A stretch of 37,744 bases of DNA from positions 1-37,744 of the forward strand of contig CAXEHY010000092.1 of the NCBI GenBank assembly GCA_963996865.1. The letters run 5' to 3'. Position numbers and translations under genes: made by a program. This document shows positions 18,396 through 29,431 of the stretch, one piece after another. The stretch is from an uncultured Flavobacteriales bacterium. Lineage in GTDB: Bacteria > Bacteroidota > Bacteroidia > Flavobacteriales > SAT41. The notes beneath the pieces are model-generated. The model ran no database searches. It was not told the origin of the DNA and saw only the letters and a list, made by a program, of their open reading frames with translations. Position 1 is the first letter of the stretch, and each line of letters starts with the position of its first letter.

Positions 18396-21164
18396 ATGTA
18401 TTATAATTTTCGATTTTTAGAAAAAAAATGGCAAGATTATTGGAGACAAAATAAAGTTTTTAAAGTAAATGAAGATTTCACTAAGGAAAAGTTTTATATT
18501 TTAGACATGTTTCCTTATCCGTCTGGATCAGGATTACATGTTGGGCATCCATTAGGATATATAGCTTCTGATATATTTGCACGTTATAAAAAAATGTTAG
18601 GATATAATGTTTTACATCCAATGGGATATGATTCTTTTGGTCTCCCCGCTGAACAATATGCCATAGAAACAGGACAACATCCCTCTATAACAACTCAAAA
18701 AAACAAAAAAACATATAGAAAACAATTAGATAATATTGGATTTTCTTTTAATTGGGACAGAGAAATTAGCACGTCAGATCCAAAGTATTATAAATGGACA
18801 CAATGGATTTTTAAGCAACTTTTTGATTCTTATTATTGTAATATAGATGATAAAGCGCTTCCTATTTCTGAACTTATTGCTGAATTAGAAAGAAATGGAA
18901 ATGTAAAAGTAAATTCACCTTGTGATGAAGATACACCTAATTTTAACGCAGATGAATGGAATAATTTTTCAGAAACTGAAAAACAAAATATATTATTAAA
19001 ATATAGGTTAACTTATCTTTCAGAAACTTTAGTTAATTGGTGTGAAAAACTAGGCACAGTTTTAGCGAATGATGAAATAAAAGATGGTTTGTCTGAAAGA
19101 GGAGGATATCCTGTTGAACAAAAAATGATGCGTCAATGGATGATGCGGATAACATCTTATGCGGATAGACTTTTAAATGATTTGTCAGAATTAGATTGGA
19201 ATGAATCTATAAAAGAGATACAAAAAAATTGGATCGGAAAATCTCAAGGAGCTTCAATTTTGTTTGAAATTTATAAACATGAAAATAAAATAGAAGTTTT
19301 CACTACTCGCCCTGATACTGTTTTTGGAGCAACATTTTTAGTTTTATGTCCAGAACATAATATAATAGATAAAATAGTTACTAAAGAACAAAAAAAATTA
19401 ATATATAGTTATATCAATAAAACTTCTTTAAAGTCTGAAAGAGATCGTCAAAGTGACATTAATAATATTACAGGAGAGTTTACAGGTTCTTATGCAATAC
19501 ACCCTTTTACGGGATTTAAAATACCTATATGGATCAGTGATTATGTTTTATCTGGATATGGAACTGGAGCGATTATGGCAGTTCCTTGTGGAGATCAAAG
19601 AGATTGGGATTTTGCGAAAAAATTTAATTTAAAAATATTAAATATTTTTAAAGATACTTGTATTACAAATGGCGCTTATGAAGGACATGAAGCTGAAATT
19701 ATAAATTCAGATTTCTTAAATGGCAAAAGCAAAGAAGAAGCGACATTAAAATCAATTACATTTATTCAAAATAAAGGAATAGGTGAAAAAAAAATTAATT
19801 ATAGAATGAGAGACGCTGTTTTTAGTCGTCAACGTTATTGGGGAGAACCTTTTCCTGTATATTATAAAAATAACACACCTTATCTTATAGATGTAAATAA
19901 AGTTTTAGAATTACCATTAATTGATAAATATTTACCAACAAAAAAAGGAGAACCACCATTAGCAAGAGCTAAAAAATCTGATTGGAATATGTTTTTTGGA
20001 GATAAAATGGATTATAACACTATGCCAGGATGGGCAGGCTCATCATGGTATTTTATTCGTTATATGGATCCTGGTAACGACAAAGAATTTGTTTCAAAAA
20101 ATAAACTTGATTATTGGAATCAGGTTGATATTTACATAGGCGGAGCAGAGCATGCAGTTGGACATTTATTATATTCTAGATTTTGGACGAAATTTTTATT
20201 TGACAGAGGATATTTGCCATTTAAAGAGCCTTTTAAAAAGATGATTAATCAAGGTATGATTTTAGGAAGATCTAATATTATTTATAAACTAAAAGGCAAA
20301 AATAAATTTATAACACAAGAAAGATATAAAGATTATGAAACAATTAATTTAAATGTGGATATTAATATTGTAAATAATGATATTCTAGATTTAGATTTAT
20401 TTAAGAAATGGAGACCAGAATTTAAAAATGCAGAATTTATATTAAATAAAAATAATGAATATAAATGCGGGGTAGAGGTAGAAAAAATGTCAAAATCAAA
20501 ATTTAATGTTCAAAATCCAGATGAATTAGTTAAAGAATATGGAGCAGATAGTTTAAGATTATATGAGATGTTTTTAGGACCAATAACTCAATCAAAACCT
20601 TGGAATAAAAATGGAATTTCAGGATGTTATAATTTTTTAAAAAAATATTGGAATTTTTTACATAAAAAAGAAAAGTTTTTCGTGAATGAAGAAAAACTTG
20701 ACAAAGAAGATTTAAAAATTTTACATTCCACTATTAAGAAAGTAAAGCATGATATTGAATCATTTTCATTTAATACAGCAATTAGCTCTCTAATGATATG
20801 TTTAAATTATATACATGATAATAAAATTGCAAAAAGAGAAATGATAGAAAAATTCAATTTGTTATTATCTCCTTTTGCCCCTCATATTTCAGAAGAAATT
20901 TGGTCTAAATTAAATCATAAAGATTCAATAGTTTCAGCTAATTTTCCATCTTATAATGAAAAGTATATGATAAAAAATAAATATGATTATCCTATTTCTT
21001 TTAATGGAAAAGTAAAATTTAAAATTAACTTATCAACTGATTTAAATATAAGAGAAATTGAAAAAATAGTATTATCAGATGAAAGAACAATAAATAAAAT
21101 ATCTGATTTTAAAATAAAAAAAGTTATAATTATTCCAGAAAAAATAGTTAATATAGTTTTTTAG
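18396..21164 (+). CDS. leuS: Leucine--tRNA ligase
   Basis: MFPYPSGSGLHVGH, editing-domain TTRPDT / GTGAIMAVP, SRQRYWG, KMSKS. Confidence 0.98.
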   Translation: MYYNFRFLEKKWQDYWRQNKVFKVNEDFTKEKFYILDMFPYPSGSGLHVGHPLGYIASDIFARYKKMLGYNVLHPMGYDSFGLPAEQYAIETGQHPSITTQKNKKTYRKQLDNIGFSFNWDREISTSDPKYYKWTQWIFKQLFDSYYCNIDDKALPISELIAELERNGNVKVNSPCDEDTPNFNADEWNNFSETEKQNILLKYRLTYLSETLVNWCEKLGTVLANDEIKDGLSERGGYPVEQKMMRQWMMRITSYADRLLNDLSELDWNESIKEIQKNWIGKSQGASILFEIYKHENKIEVFTTRPDTVFGATFLVLCPEHNIIDKIVTKEQKKLIYSYINKTSLKSERDRQSDINNITGEFTGSYAIHPFTGFKIPIWISDYVLSGYGTGAIMAVPCGDQRDWDFAKKFNLKILNIFKDTCITNGAYEGHEAEIINSDFLNGKSKEEATLKSITFIQNKGIGEKKINYRMRDAVFSRQRYWGEPFPVYYKNNTPYLIDVNKVLELPLIDKYLPTKKGEPPLARAKKSDWNMFFGDKMDYNTMPGWAGSSWYFIRYMDPGNDKEFVSKNKLDYWNQVDIYIGGAEHAVGHLLYSRFWTKFLFDRGYLPFKEPFKKMINQGMILGRSNIIYKLKGKNKFITQERYKDYETINLNVDINIVNNDILDLDLFKKWRPEFKNAEFILNKNNEYKCGVEVEKMSKSKFNVQNPDELVKEYGADSLRLYEMFLGPITQSKPWNKNGISGCYNFLKKYWNFLHKKEKFFVNEEKLDKEDLKILHSTIKKVKHDIESFSFNTAISSLMICLNYIHDNKIAKREMIEKFNLLLSPFAPHISEEIWSKLNHKDSIVSANFPSYNEKYMIKNKYDYPISFNGKVKFKINLSTDLNIREIEKIVLSDERTINKISDFKIKKVIIIPEKIVNIVF

Positions 21165-21171
21165 TATGTTT

Positions 21172-21179
21172 TATATTTG
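21172..21179 (+). promoter_or_regulatory. Bacteroidota -7 promoter element (TATATTTG) for kynA and downstream genes
   Basis: Exact TAnnTTTG in the 26-nt leuS-kynA gap, 11 nt before ATG 21191. Confidence 0.55.
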
Positions 21180-21190
21180 TTTTATTATTT

Positions 21191-22174
21191 ATGGAAAAGC
21201 GTTTTAATAATAAATTTAAAGAATTAGAAAAAAAATATTCTTTAATAGGTCAGGATTTAAATTCTTATTTAGAAGGGCTTTTGTATACTAATCCCTTATC
21301 ATATTGGGATTATATTAATTTAGAAACTTTATTAAGCTTACAAAGACCAAAAACAGATTTTCCAGATGAAGAAATTTTTATTGTTTATCATCAAATAACA
21401 GAACTATATTTTAAACTTATTATAAAAGAAATAGAGACAATATGTAATAACGGAAAACATATATCAAATATAGGACAAGACAAAGGTTGGAAAAATAAAA
21501 TATCATTAAATGATTTTTTAAAACATCTAAAAAGAATAAATAGTTATTTTAAAGTTCTTATTTCTTCTTTTGATATCATGATAGACGGATTAGATAGAGA
21601 ACAATTTTTAAAATTCAGAATGGCTTTATTGCCAGCAAGTGGATTTCAAAGCTATCAATATAGAATCATTGAATTAAGTTCAACAGATTTAATAAACTTA
21701 GTAGATAAAGATTACAGAATTAAAAGTGTTAAGTTTTCTATTTTACAGAAATTAAAGAAAATTTATTGGATGAAAGGATCTATTGAAATGAAAAGTGGTA
21801 AAAAAACTTTAATGTTAAAGAATTTTGAGAAAAAATATTTTAATTTATTTTTAAAAAGAGCAAAAAAATATAAGGATATTAATTTATTAAAAAAATATAA
21901 ATCTCTTAATAAAAGAGATAAAAAAGATAAAGAATTAATAAAACAAATGAAGTTATATGATTTAAATGTTAATGTAGAATGGCCTTTAGTGCACTATAAG
22001 TCAGCTGTTAAATATTTAAGTATGCCAGATAAAGATATTATTGCTACAGGAGGTACAAATTGGAAAAAATATATGCCTCCAAAATTTCAAAAACGTATTT
22101 TTTTCCCAGATTTATGGACTAAAACACAAATAAATAATTGGGGGAAATCTTGGATGTTGAATAATTATAAATAG
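21191..22174 (+). CDS. kynA: Tryptophan 2,3-dioxygenase
   Basis: YWDYINLETLLSLQ, DE.IFI.YHQ.TELYFK, FR..L.PASGFQS.QYR.IE, proximal His in WPLVH, ATGGT. Confidence 0.92.
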   Translation: MEKRFNNKFKELEKKYSLIGQDLNSYLEGLLYTNPLSYWDYINLETLLSLQRPKTDFPDEEIFIVYHQITELYFKLIIKEIETICNNGKHISNIGQDKGWKNKISLNDFLKHLKRINSYFKVLISSFDIMIDGLDREQFLKFRMALLPASGFQSYQYRIIELSSTDLINLVDKDYRIKSVKFSILQKLKKIYWMKGSIEMKSGKKTLMLKNFEKKYFNLFLKRAKKYKDINLLKKYKSLNKRDKKDKELIKQMKLYDLNVNVEWPLVHYKSAVKYLSMPDKDIIATGGTNWKKYMPPKFQKRIFFPDLWTKTQINNWGKSWMLNNYK

Positions 22175-22181
22175 TTCAAAA

Positions 22182-23417
22182 TTGAAAGCAAAAAATATTC
22201 TGTTGATTTCTTTTTTATTTTTAATTTTATTATTTGTTTTTAACAAGATTAATTCTAAAAACGAAAACAAAAAAGATCAAGTTATACTTGAAGAGGTTGT
22301 TATAAATACAGAATATGGTATAGAAACAAATAGTTTTTATTTTAATAAATTTAAGATCCAATCAGGAGAAACTTTTTCAGATATTTTTGACAGGTATCAT
22401 ATTAATCCGATTATAGTAGATAAAATTCAAAGACACATTGTTGATAATAATATTTTTGATTTTAGAGACATAAAGGCTGGAAATAATTATGCTGTTTTTT
22501 CTACTAAAGATACCATAAGAGAAGGTAAAGTGTTTGTTTATGAAATAAATTATGTTGATTATTTATTATTTGATTTAAGAGACAGTTTAGTTGTAGGGTT
22601 TTTTCAAAAGGAAGTAGAAATAAAAAACCGATATTGTTCAGGTATTGTGGAAACTTCTTTGTGGGCCTCAATTGTTGATTCAGCTAAATTAAGTCCAGCT
22701 TTATTGATGAAAATGAGTGAAATTTATGCTTGGACTATAGATTTTTTTAGATTAGAAAAAGGTGATAAGTTTAAGATTTTTTTTGAAGAAAAATATGTTG
22801 AAGAGAAATCGATAGGAGTAGGTAAAATTATGGCAGCTTTATATCAACATAAAGGAAATGAATTTTATGCTTTTAATTTTCAGATTAATGAGAATTATGA
22901 TGATTATTTTGATGAAAATGGTAAAAGTTTAAGAAGAGCTTTTCTTCGTGCTCCTCTAAGCTATTCTTATAGAATATCATCTAGATTTCAAAAAAGCAGA
23001 TTACATCCAGTAACAGGTAAAAGAAAACCTCATTTAGGAACAGATTACGCGGCGGCTCAAGGAACCCCAATTATAGCAACCGCTAATGGTAAAATCACAA
23101 AATCTTCTTATACTAAGAATAATGGTTATTATGTTAAAATAAGGCATAATGCAACTTACTCAACTCAATATTTACATATGTTAAAAAGAGGGAGAGCCCT
23201 AGAGGGACAATATGTTAAGCAAGGTGATATTATTGGATATGTTGGTCAAACAGGCTTAGCAACAGGTCCACATGTATGTTATAGATTTTGGAAAAATGGA
23301 AGACAGGTTGATCCATATAAACAAAAATTACCAGAGGCTGAACCAATATCAAAAGATTATTTTCATGACTTTAAAATAATTGCAGATAGTTTGTATAATA
23401 TCTTAGATAAGATATAG
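22182..23417 (+). CDS. M23 family peptidoglycan endopeptidase (MepM/OapA-like; TTG start)
   Basis: N-terminal anchor, LysM-like GETFSDI, RLHPV..HLGTDYAA, YLHM, VKQGDIIGYVG.TG.ATGPHVCY. Confidence 0.9.
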   Translation: MKAKNILLISFLFLILLFVFNKINSKNENKKDQVILEEVVINTEYGIETNSFYFNKFKIQSGETFSDIFDRYHINPIIVDKIQRHIVDNNIFDFRDIKAGNNYAVFSTKDTIREGKVFVYEINYVDYLLFDLRDSLVVGFFQKEVEIKNRYCSGIVETSLWASIVDSAKLSPALLMKMSEIYAWTIDFFRLEKGDKFKIFFEEKYVEEKSIGVGKIMAALYQHKGNEFYAFNFQINENYDDYFDENGKSLRRAFLRAPLSYSYRISSRFQKSRLHPVTGKRKPHLGTDYAAAQGTPIIATANGKITKSSYTKNNGYYVKIRHNATYSTQYLHMLKRGRALEGQYVKQGDIIGYVGQTGLATGPHVCYRFWKNGRQVDPYKQKLPEAEPISKDYFHDFKIIADSLYNILDKI

Positions 23418-23427
23418 TTATATTATA

Positions 23428-26400
23428 ATGTTATTTAGAATTTTTATTGTTTTATTTTTTTTATCAAATAGTTCTTTATGTCAAATTTCATTTGTTGAAA
23501 ACAAAGGACAATTACCTGTCAAAATAAATTATTATAGTGACATACCTTCAGGTAAAATATTTTTTGAAAAGAATTCAATTGTTTATAATTTTTATGATCA
23601 AAACCATTTTTCTAATATTCATGAACAAAGAAAAAAATTAGATTATATGTCAGGACATTCTTATAAAGTGAGTTTTAAAAATTCAAACAAAGATGTGATG
23701 ATTAGCAATTATTCTAAAACAGATACTTATTATAATTTTTTTCATGGCAATAATAAAAATAAACATGTCAGCAATGTAAATTCTTTTTATTCTATATTAT
23801 ATAATTCTATTTATAATAATATTGATGTTCAATTTTATTCTAATAATCATAATTTAAAGTATGATTTTATTATTCGTCCCGGAGGAAAAATCAAAGACAT
23901 TAAATTACTTTATGAAGGAGTTAGCCCTAAATTAGATGACAAAAATAATATTCTCAAGATAGATTTGAATTTTTTATCAATTATTGAAAGTAAGCCATTT
24001 GTTTATCAAATTATCAACGGAGATACTAATTATGTAGAATGTGAATATAAAATCCGAGATAATATAGTAGGGTTTAATATAAAATCTTTTTATAATAAGA
24101 ATTATGATTTAATTATAGATCCAATTGTGTTTTCTACTTATTCTGGTTCTTATGCGAATAATTTTGGATATACATCAACTTATGATGAATTAGGATTTTT
24201 GTATTCTGCTGGAACTTCTTTTGATATTGGATATCCAACGACTATAGGTGCGTATCAGACTAATTTTTCAGGAGGAAGCAATATGTTTGTTGGTTTTGGA
24301 ACAGATATAGTAATTTCTAAATATGATACTACAGGGTCCTCATTAATTTATTCAACTTATTTAGGGGGAAGCGGAGATGAGGTGCCTCACAGTTTAGTAT
24401 GTAGTCAAGGACAATTATATTTATTAGGCACTACTGGTTCAAATGATTTTCCAATTTCACAAAATGCTTTTGATGTTTCTTTTAATGGGGGATTGCCTTT
24501 TACTCCCAATGGTATTGGAGTAACATACATGAATGGTTCAGATATCGTGGTTACAAAATTTAATTATGCGGGATCTAATTTATTAGGATCTACATATTTT
24601 GGAGGAGTTTATAATGATGGTCTTAATACTTCAAATCAATTAAAATTTAATTATGCTGATGAAATAAGAGGAGAGATAGATATAGATCAAGATGGAAATA
24701 TTTATATAGCTTCTTGTACAAGATCTCCAGATTTACCACTATTAAATGCTTTTCAAAATTCTTTTAATGGCGGTTTAGATGGATTTGTGGCAAAGTTTTC
24801 TAATAATTTAAATACTTTAATATGGAGCACTTTTATTGGAGGGAGCATGGATGATGCATTATATTCTTTAGCTTTTAATAATCAAGGAGATGTTTTTGTA
24901 TGTGGAGGTACGGTGTCATCTAATTTACAAATGACAAGTACATCTTATCAATCTTCAAATAATGGTGGAATTTCAGATGCTTGTATTTTTAGATTAGATA
25001 ATAATGGCAATTACATAGCTTCTACATACTATGGTTCAGATAAATATGATCAGTCTTATTTTATTGATTTAGATCAAGAGTATAATGTTTTTATTTTTGG
25101 ACAAACTAAAGCAAGTGGATTTACTTTTGTTCAAAATGCTAATTTTTTTCAAGCTAATAGCGGACAATTTGTTTCTAAATTTGACCCAGAGTTATCTAAT
25201 CTAGATATGTCTACAGTATTTGGTTCAGGATCTCAAAGTCCAGATATTTCTCCAACTGCTTTTTTGGTAGATGTTTGTAATAGAATATATATTTCTGGAT
25301 GGGGAGGATTAACAAATTCTGTTCCTTATGGGGGAGGAGGAAACACATCAGGATTAATTATTACAAATGACGCAATTCAGTCTAGCACAGATAGTAGTGA
25401 TTTTTATATTTTAATTATGGAAGAAGACGCTAGTAGTTTAACTTTTGCCACTTTTTATGGTGGAAATATTAGTGCTGAACATGTTGATGGAGGTACTAGT
25501 AGATTTGACAAGAAAGGAATTGTATATCAATCTGTTTGTGCTGGATGTCAAGGAAATTCAGATTTTCCTACCACGCCAAATGCTTATTCAGTTACTAATA
25601 ATAGTTTTGGATGTAATAATGCTGTTTTTAAATTTAATCCAGATTTACCTTTAACTATTTCAGATTTTTTTATTCCAGATTTGTCTTGTGATAATACTAT
25701 ATATTTTGATAATTATAGTATAGGCAGTGATTCGACTATTTATTTTTGGGATTTTGGGGATTTCACTTGGTCATCACAAAAAAATCCATCACATACTTAT
25801 GTAGATACGGGGCAATATATTATTACATTGATAACATATGATTCACAAAGTTGTAATTTAAGAGACACTTCTATTCAAGTGATTACTATTAGAGAAAATC
25901 AAGTTATTATTTATGACACCCTAGATATATGTTTAGGAGAAGAGGTTGTTATAAGTAATAATTCTTATAATAATTTTGACGCAACATATCAGTGGTTTGT
26001 AAATAATCAGATAGATTCTAATACAAATAATAATTTCATTGTTTCTCCAAATGATACTACAGATTATTTAATGGTTGTATCTTTTGAAAATTGTATTGAT
26101 AGTGTTTTCCAAAACATTAGAGTTAAAGATGTTAATTTTGAAGTTATAAAAGACACAAGTATATGTTTAAGCGATATTGTTATTTATGCATCTGGAACTG
26201 ACACTACATCTTTTTCTTGGTCTTATAATAGTGATATGTCAAATATATTTAGTTATTCAGACAGCGTTATTATATCCTTTCCAGGAAATTTATATTTACA
26301 AGTAGAGGAGAATGGATGTTTAGATATAGAACAAATCAAAGTTATTTTATCTGAAGATTGTTGTTCTGGAAATAATATCATCATACCTAATGCATTTACT

Positions 26401-26649
26401 CCAAATAATGATGGCAAAAATGATGTTTTTAAAATTGTAGATGATTTTGAATTAATAACTGATTTTGAAATAAATATTTATAATAGATGGGGGGAGAATA
26501 TTTTTACATCTTTTGATAAAAATTTTACATGGAATGGTATTTATAAAGACAAATTAGAAACGTCATATGTTTATGATTATTTTTTAAACATAGAGTGTTT
26601 AGATTTTGAAAGCAAATTCATTAAAGGAAATATAACAATTATAAAATGA
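23428..26649 (+). CDS. Large T9SS type-B-CTD surface protein with SBBP beta-propeller repeats and a PKD domain
   Basis: Signal peptide followed by Q; FVENKGQ..LIIDP N-terminal domain; seven STY/F-x-GG repeats; WDFGD..NPSHTY (PKD); C-terminal IPNAFTPNNDGKND..IYNRWG..KGNITIIK. Confidence 0.9.
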   Translation: MLFRIFIVLFFLSNSSLCQISFVENKGQLPVKINYYSDIPSGKIFFEKNSIVYNFYDQNHFSNIHEQRKKLDYMSGHSYKVSFKNSNKDVMISNYSKTDTYYNFFHGNNKNKHVSNVNSFYSILYNSIYNNIDVQFYSNNHNLKYDFIIRPGGKIKDIKLLYEGVSPKLDDKNNILKIDLNFLSIIESKPFVYQIINGDTNYVECEYKIRDNIVGFNIKSFYNKNYDLIIDPIVFSTYSGSYANNFGYTSTYDELGFLYSAGTSFDIGYPTTIGAYQTNFSGGSNMFVGFGTDIVISKYDTTGSSLIYSTYLGGSGDEVPHSLVCSQGQLYLLGTTGSNDFPISQNAFDVSFNGGLPFTPNGIGVTYMNGSDIVVTKFNYAGSNLLGSTYFGGVYNDGLNTSNQLKFNYADEIRGEIDIDQDGNIYIASCTRSPDLPLLNAFQNSFNGGLDGFVAKFSNNLNTLIWSTFIGGSMDDALYSLAFNNQGDVFVCGGTVSSNLQMTSTSYQSSNNGGISDACIFRLDNNGNYIASTYYGSDKYDQSYFIDLDQEYNVFIFGQTKASGFTFVQNANFFQANSGQFVSKFDPELSNLDMSTVFGSGSQSPDISPTAFLVDVCNRIYISGWGGLTNSVPYGGGGNTSGLIITNDAIQSSTDSSDFYILIMEEDASSLTFATFYGGNISAEHVDGGTSRFDKKGIVYQSVCAGCQGNSDFPTTPNAYSVTNNSFGCNNAVFKFNPDLPLTISDFFIPDLSCDNTIYFDNYSIGSDSTIYFWDFGDFTWSSQKNPSHTYVDTGQYIITLITYDSQSCNLRDTSIQVITIRENQVIIYDTLDICLGEEVVISNNSYNNFDATYQWFVNNQIDSNTNNNFIVSPNDTTDYLMVVSFENCIDSVFQNIRVKDVNFEVIKDTSICLSDIVIYASGTDTTSFSWSYNSDMSNIFSYSDSVIISFPGNLYLQVEENGCLDIEQIKVILSEDCCSGNNIIIPNAFTPNNDGKNDVFKIVDDFELITDFEINIYNRWGENIFTSFDKNFTWNGIYKDKLETSYVYDYFLNIECLDFESKFIKGNITIIK

Positions 26650-27584
26650 AAAAAACAATAATTATTTTTTTGTCTTTGTTGTTATGTGAGGTTTTAATAT
26701 CTCAAGATATACATTTTTCACAAATTTATAATGATATAATTTACGAAAACCCGTCATATACGGGAAATCACAATGGTTTAGGTAAAGTTCATTTAATAAA
26801 TAAAGATCAATGGAGATCAGTTTCAGTTCCTTATAAAACATTTTACTTTGGTTTTGATAAAAAATTACCTTTAATTTCAGGAGCTTTTGGATTAAATTTT
26901 TTTCAAGATAAAGCAGGGGATTTAAACCTTAATAACAATCATTTTAATTTAACATATTCTCATTTGTTTAAAATAAATAACTCAAAAATATTTTTCGGAA
27001 TTTCTAGCGGACTGGGACAATTAAAAATAGATTATTCTAATTTATCTGTAATTGATTATGAAGTTTTTTCTATTTCTAGAATCAATTATTTGGATTTGAG
27101 TTTAGGTGCCACTTATACTAATTATTTAAATAATAATATTTATTTAGAAAACAGTTTTTCAGCTAGTCATATTAATACCCCTTCAATTTCCTTATCAGAC
27201 AATTCAAATACTAATTTAAGCGTGAAATATATATTCAATACTAAAATGACTTATTATTTATTATATGATAATATTACTTCTGTTTTTAAAATTGTAAATC
27301 AGGGTCCTTTTAATAAAATTGAAGTAGGGTCATTATATAGTTTTAATCATTCTTCAGGATATTCTGTTTATCCAGGTTTATGGTATAGAAATAAAGACGC
27401 ATTAATTTTTAGCTGTGGAGTTAAATCTAAAAACTATGCAATTGATTTTAGCTATGATTTAAATATTTCAAAATTATCTAATGCGAGTAATTATAAAGGG
27501 GGTTTTGAAGTTTCTATTATGTATCTTTTTATTAATAAAAATATTGTAGAATTAAAAGATTTTATATGTCCAGATTATTTATAA
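26646..27584 (+). CDS. PorP/SprF family T9SS outer-membrane beta-barrel
   Basis: SQDIHFSQ..NPSYTG..QW, DKAG, YR..DA, SYD, GGFEVS, terminal CP; directly downstream of the type-B cargo gene. Confidence 0.92.
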   Translation: MKKTIIIFLSLLLCEVLISQDIHFSQIYNDIIYENPSYTGNHNGLGKVHLINKDQWRSVSVPYKTFYFGFDKKLPLISGAFGLNFFQDKAGDLNLNNNHFNLTYSHLFKINNSKIFFGISSGLGQLKIDYSNLSVIDYEVFSISRINYLDLSLGATYTNYLNNNIYLENSFSASHINTPSISLSDNSNTNLSVKYIFNTKMTYYLLYDNITSVFKIVNQGPFNKIEVGSLYSFNHSSGYSVYPGLWYRNKDALIFSCGVKSKNYAIDFSYDLNISKLSNASNYKGGFEVSIMYLFINKNIVELKDFICPDYL

Positions 27585-29431
27585 TAATTTTTTTGTTTTT
27601 ATATCAAATGTCTTTTTCTCAGTCATTTGATAATATAATAGAAAAGGCTGAATATTTTTCATCACAAGAGAATTATTATTCAGCGATCCCTTTATATAAA
27701 AAAGCTTTAAATAAAAAACCAAATCAAACAGATATTATTTATCAATACGCTGAAGCTTTAAGACAAACATATAATTACCAAGAGGCCTTAAAATATTATC
27801 AAAAAGTTTATAGTATTAATTCTGATTATAAAGATGTTAAATTATGGATGGGAGTTTTAAATAAAAATATGTCCAATTATGATTTGTCAGTTTCTTTTTT
27901 AAATGAATTTATTTTATCTAAATCTTTTGATGAAATTTTATATAAAAAAGCTTTAGTGGAAATAGCTGCAAATAAATTAATTAAAGATTTAAAAGAAGAT
28001 AGTTTAGTACAAATAAATAGATTAAATAATAACATAAATTCTGAATTTTCAGAGTTGTCACCACATTATTATAAAGACACATTATATTATAATTCTATAA
28101 GAGAAAATACAGATAATAATTATAAATCTATTGTTTTTTATTCTTTATTTAAAGGAGATAAATTTATTTATAATCAAGAATTCAGTTTAATAGAAGATGA
28201 TGATATGCATATTTCAAATTTATTTATTGATACTTTAACTCAAAGATTTTATTTTAATAAATGTGATTTATCAAACAATAAATTTTTATGTCAATTATAT
28301 TATTCTGATTTCACAAGTCCTAATAATCATGTTTATATTTCGGACATTAACATATCTAATTTTTCTTCCACACAACCTTTTGTTTCTAATTGGCAAGGCA
28401 ATAATGTTTTATTTTTTACTTCAGACAGAAACAAAGGTTATGGTGGTTTAGATATATGGGTTTCTTATATAAATAATAATTCACATGGAACTCCTATTAA
28501 CTTGGGTCCAGAGATAAATACTTTTGGAGATGAAATTTCGCCTTTTTATGATGTGATTGAAGATAATTTTTATTTTAGTTCGGACTGGCATATGGGCTTC
28601 GGTGGTTTTGATATTTTTAAAATTAAATGGGAAGGAGATCATTGGGGAAAAACACATAACATGGGTAAAGGGATAAATTCTATTTATAATGATTTATACT
28701 TAAAATTTAAACATGAAGAAAATTATAAAATTGGATTTTTATCTTCTAATAGAGAAGGTTCTTTAAATATATCAGATGATTTTTGTTGTAATGATATTTA
28801 TGGTTTTAAAATTTTGAATAACTGCAACTGTGATACTATAAAAATCAAAGAATATACATTTAATAAATTATTACCACTTAAAATATACTTTGACAATGAT
28901 AAACCTGAAAAATTAAAAAATGATACTATTTCAAACAAAGATTATTTGTTTTATTATAATAATTATTTAAAGAAGAGAAAAGAATTTGTTGATTTTTATT
29001 CTTCAGGTTTAGAGGGGAGGTTTTATAAAAATGCTGTTGATAACATGAATTATTTTTTTGACACAGAGATATTAAAAGGCAAGAGACATTTAGATAAATT
29101 GCTCATTGAGTTAGAAGATTTACTGAAAAATGATAAAAACATAAAATTAATATTTAAAGGTTTTACCAGTCCTTTAACTTCAAAAGAATATAATAAGGCA
29201 TTATCTAAAAGAAGAATACATAGTGTAGAAAAATATATAAAAAAATACAATAATGGATCTTTAAATAAATTTTTCAAGAATGGACAAATAAATATAATCA
29301 TGATGCCTTTTGGGGAAGATTTAGCACCTAGATTTATTAATGATAACCCAAAAGATATTAAAAAATCTATTTTTGGAATTAATGCTTCAAGAGAGAGAAG
29401 AGTGGAGATAGTTAAAATAGAAGTTAATTAG
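27566..29431 (+). CDS. TPR + PD40 beta-propeller + OmpA-like C-terminal domain protein (PorE-like)
   Basis: N-terminal TPR helices; FFTSDR..GYGGLDIW, NLGPEINT, FSSDWH.GFGGFDIF, SSNR; IYFDND..YN.ALS.RR..RRVEI. Confidence 0.85.
   Translation: MSRLFIIIFLFLYQMSFSQSFDNIIEKAEYFSSQENYYSAIPLYKKALNKKPNQTDIIYQYAEALRQTYNYQEALKYYQKVYSINSDYKDVKLWMGVLNKNMSNYDLSVSFLNEFILSKSFDEILYKKALVEIAANKLIKDLKEDSLVQINRLNNNINSEFSELSPHYYKDTLYYNSIRENTDNNYKSIVFYSLFKGDKFIYNQEFSLIEDDDMHISNLFIDTLTQRFYFNKCDLSNNKFLCQLYYSDFTSPNNHVYISDINISNFSSTQPFVSNWQGNNVLFFTSDRNKGYGGLDIWVSYINNNSHGTPINLGPEINTFGDEISPFYDVIEDNFYFSSDWHMGFGGFDIFKIKWEGDHWGKTHNMGKGINSIYNDLYLKFKHEENYKIGFLSSNREGSLNISDDFCCNDIYGFKILNNCNCDTIKIKEYTFNKLLPLKIYFDNDKPEKLKNDTISNKDYLFYYNNYLKKRKEFVDFYSSGLEGRFYKNAVDNMNYFFDTEILKGKRHLDKLLIELEDLLKNDKNIKLIFKGFTSPLTSKEYNKALSKRRIHSVEKYIKKYNNGSLNKFFKNGQINIIMMPFGEDLAPRFINDNPKDIKKSIFGINASRERRVEIVKIEVN

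Noticed and set aside
21191-23417. Functional link between kynA and the M23/T9SS genes
   Set aside because: Tight packing of unrelated genes is the rule in this window, so adjacency alone carries little information
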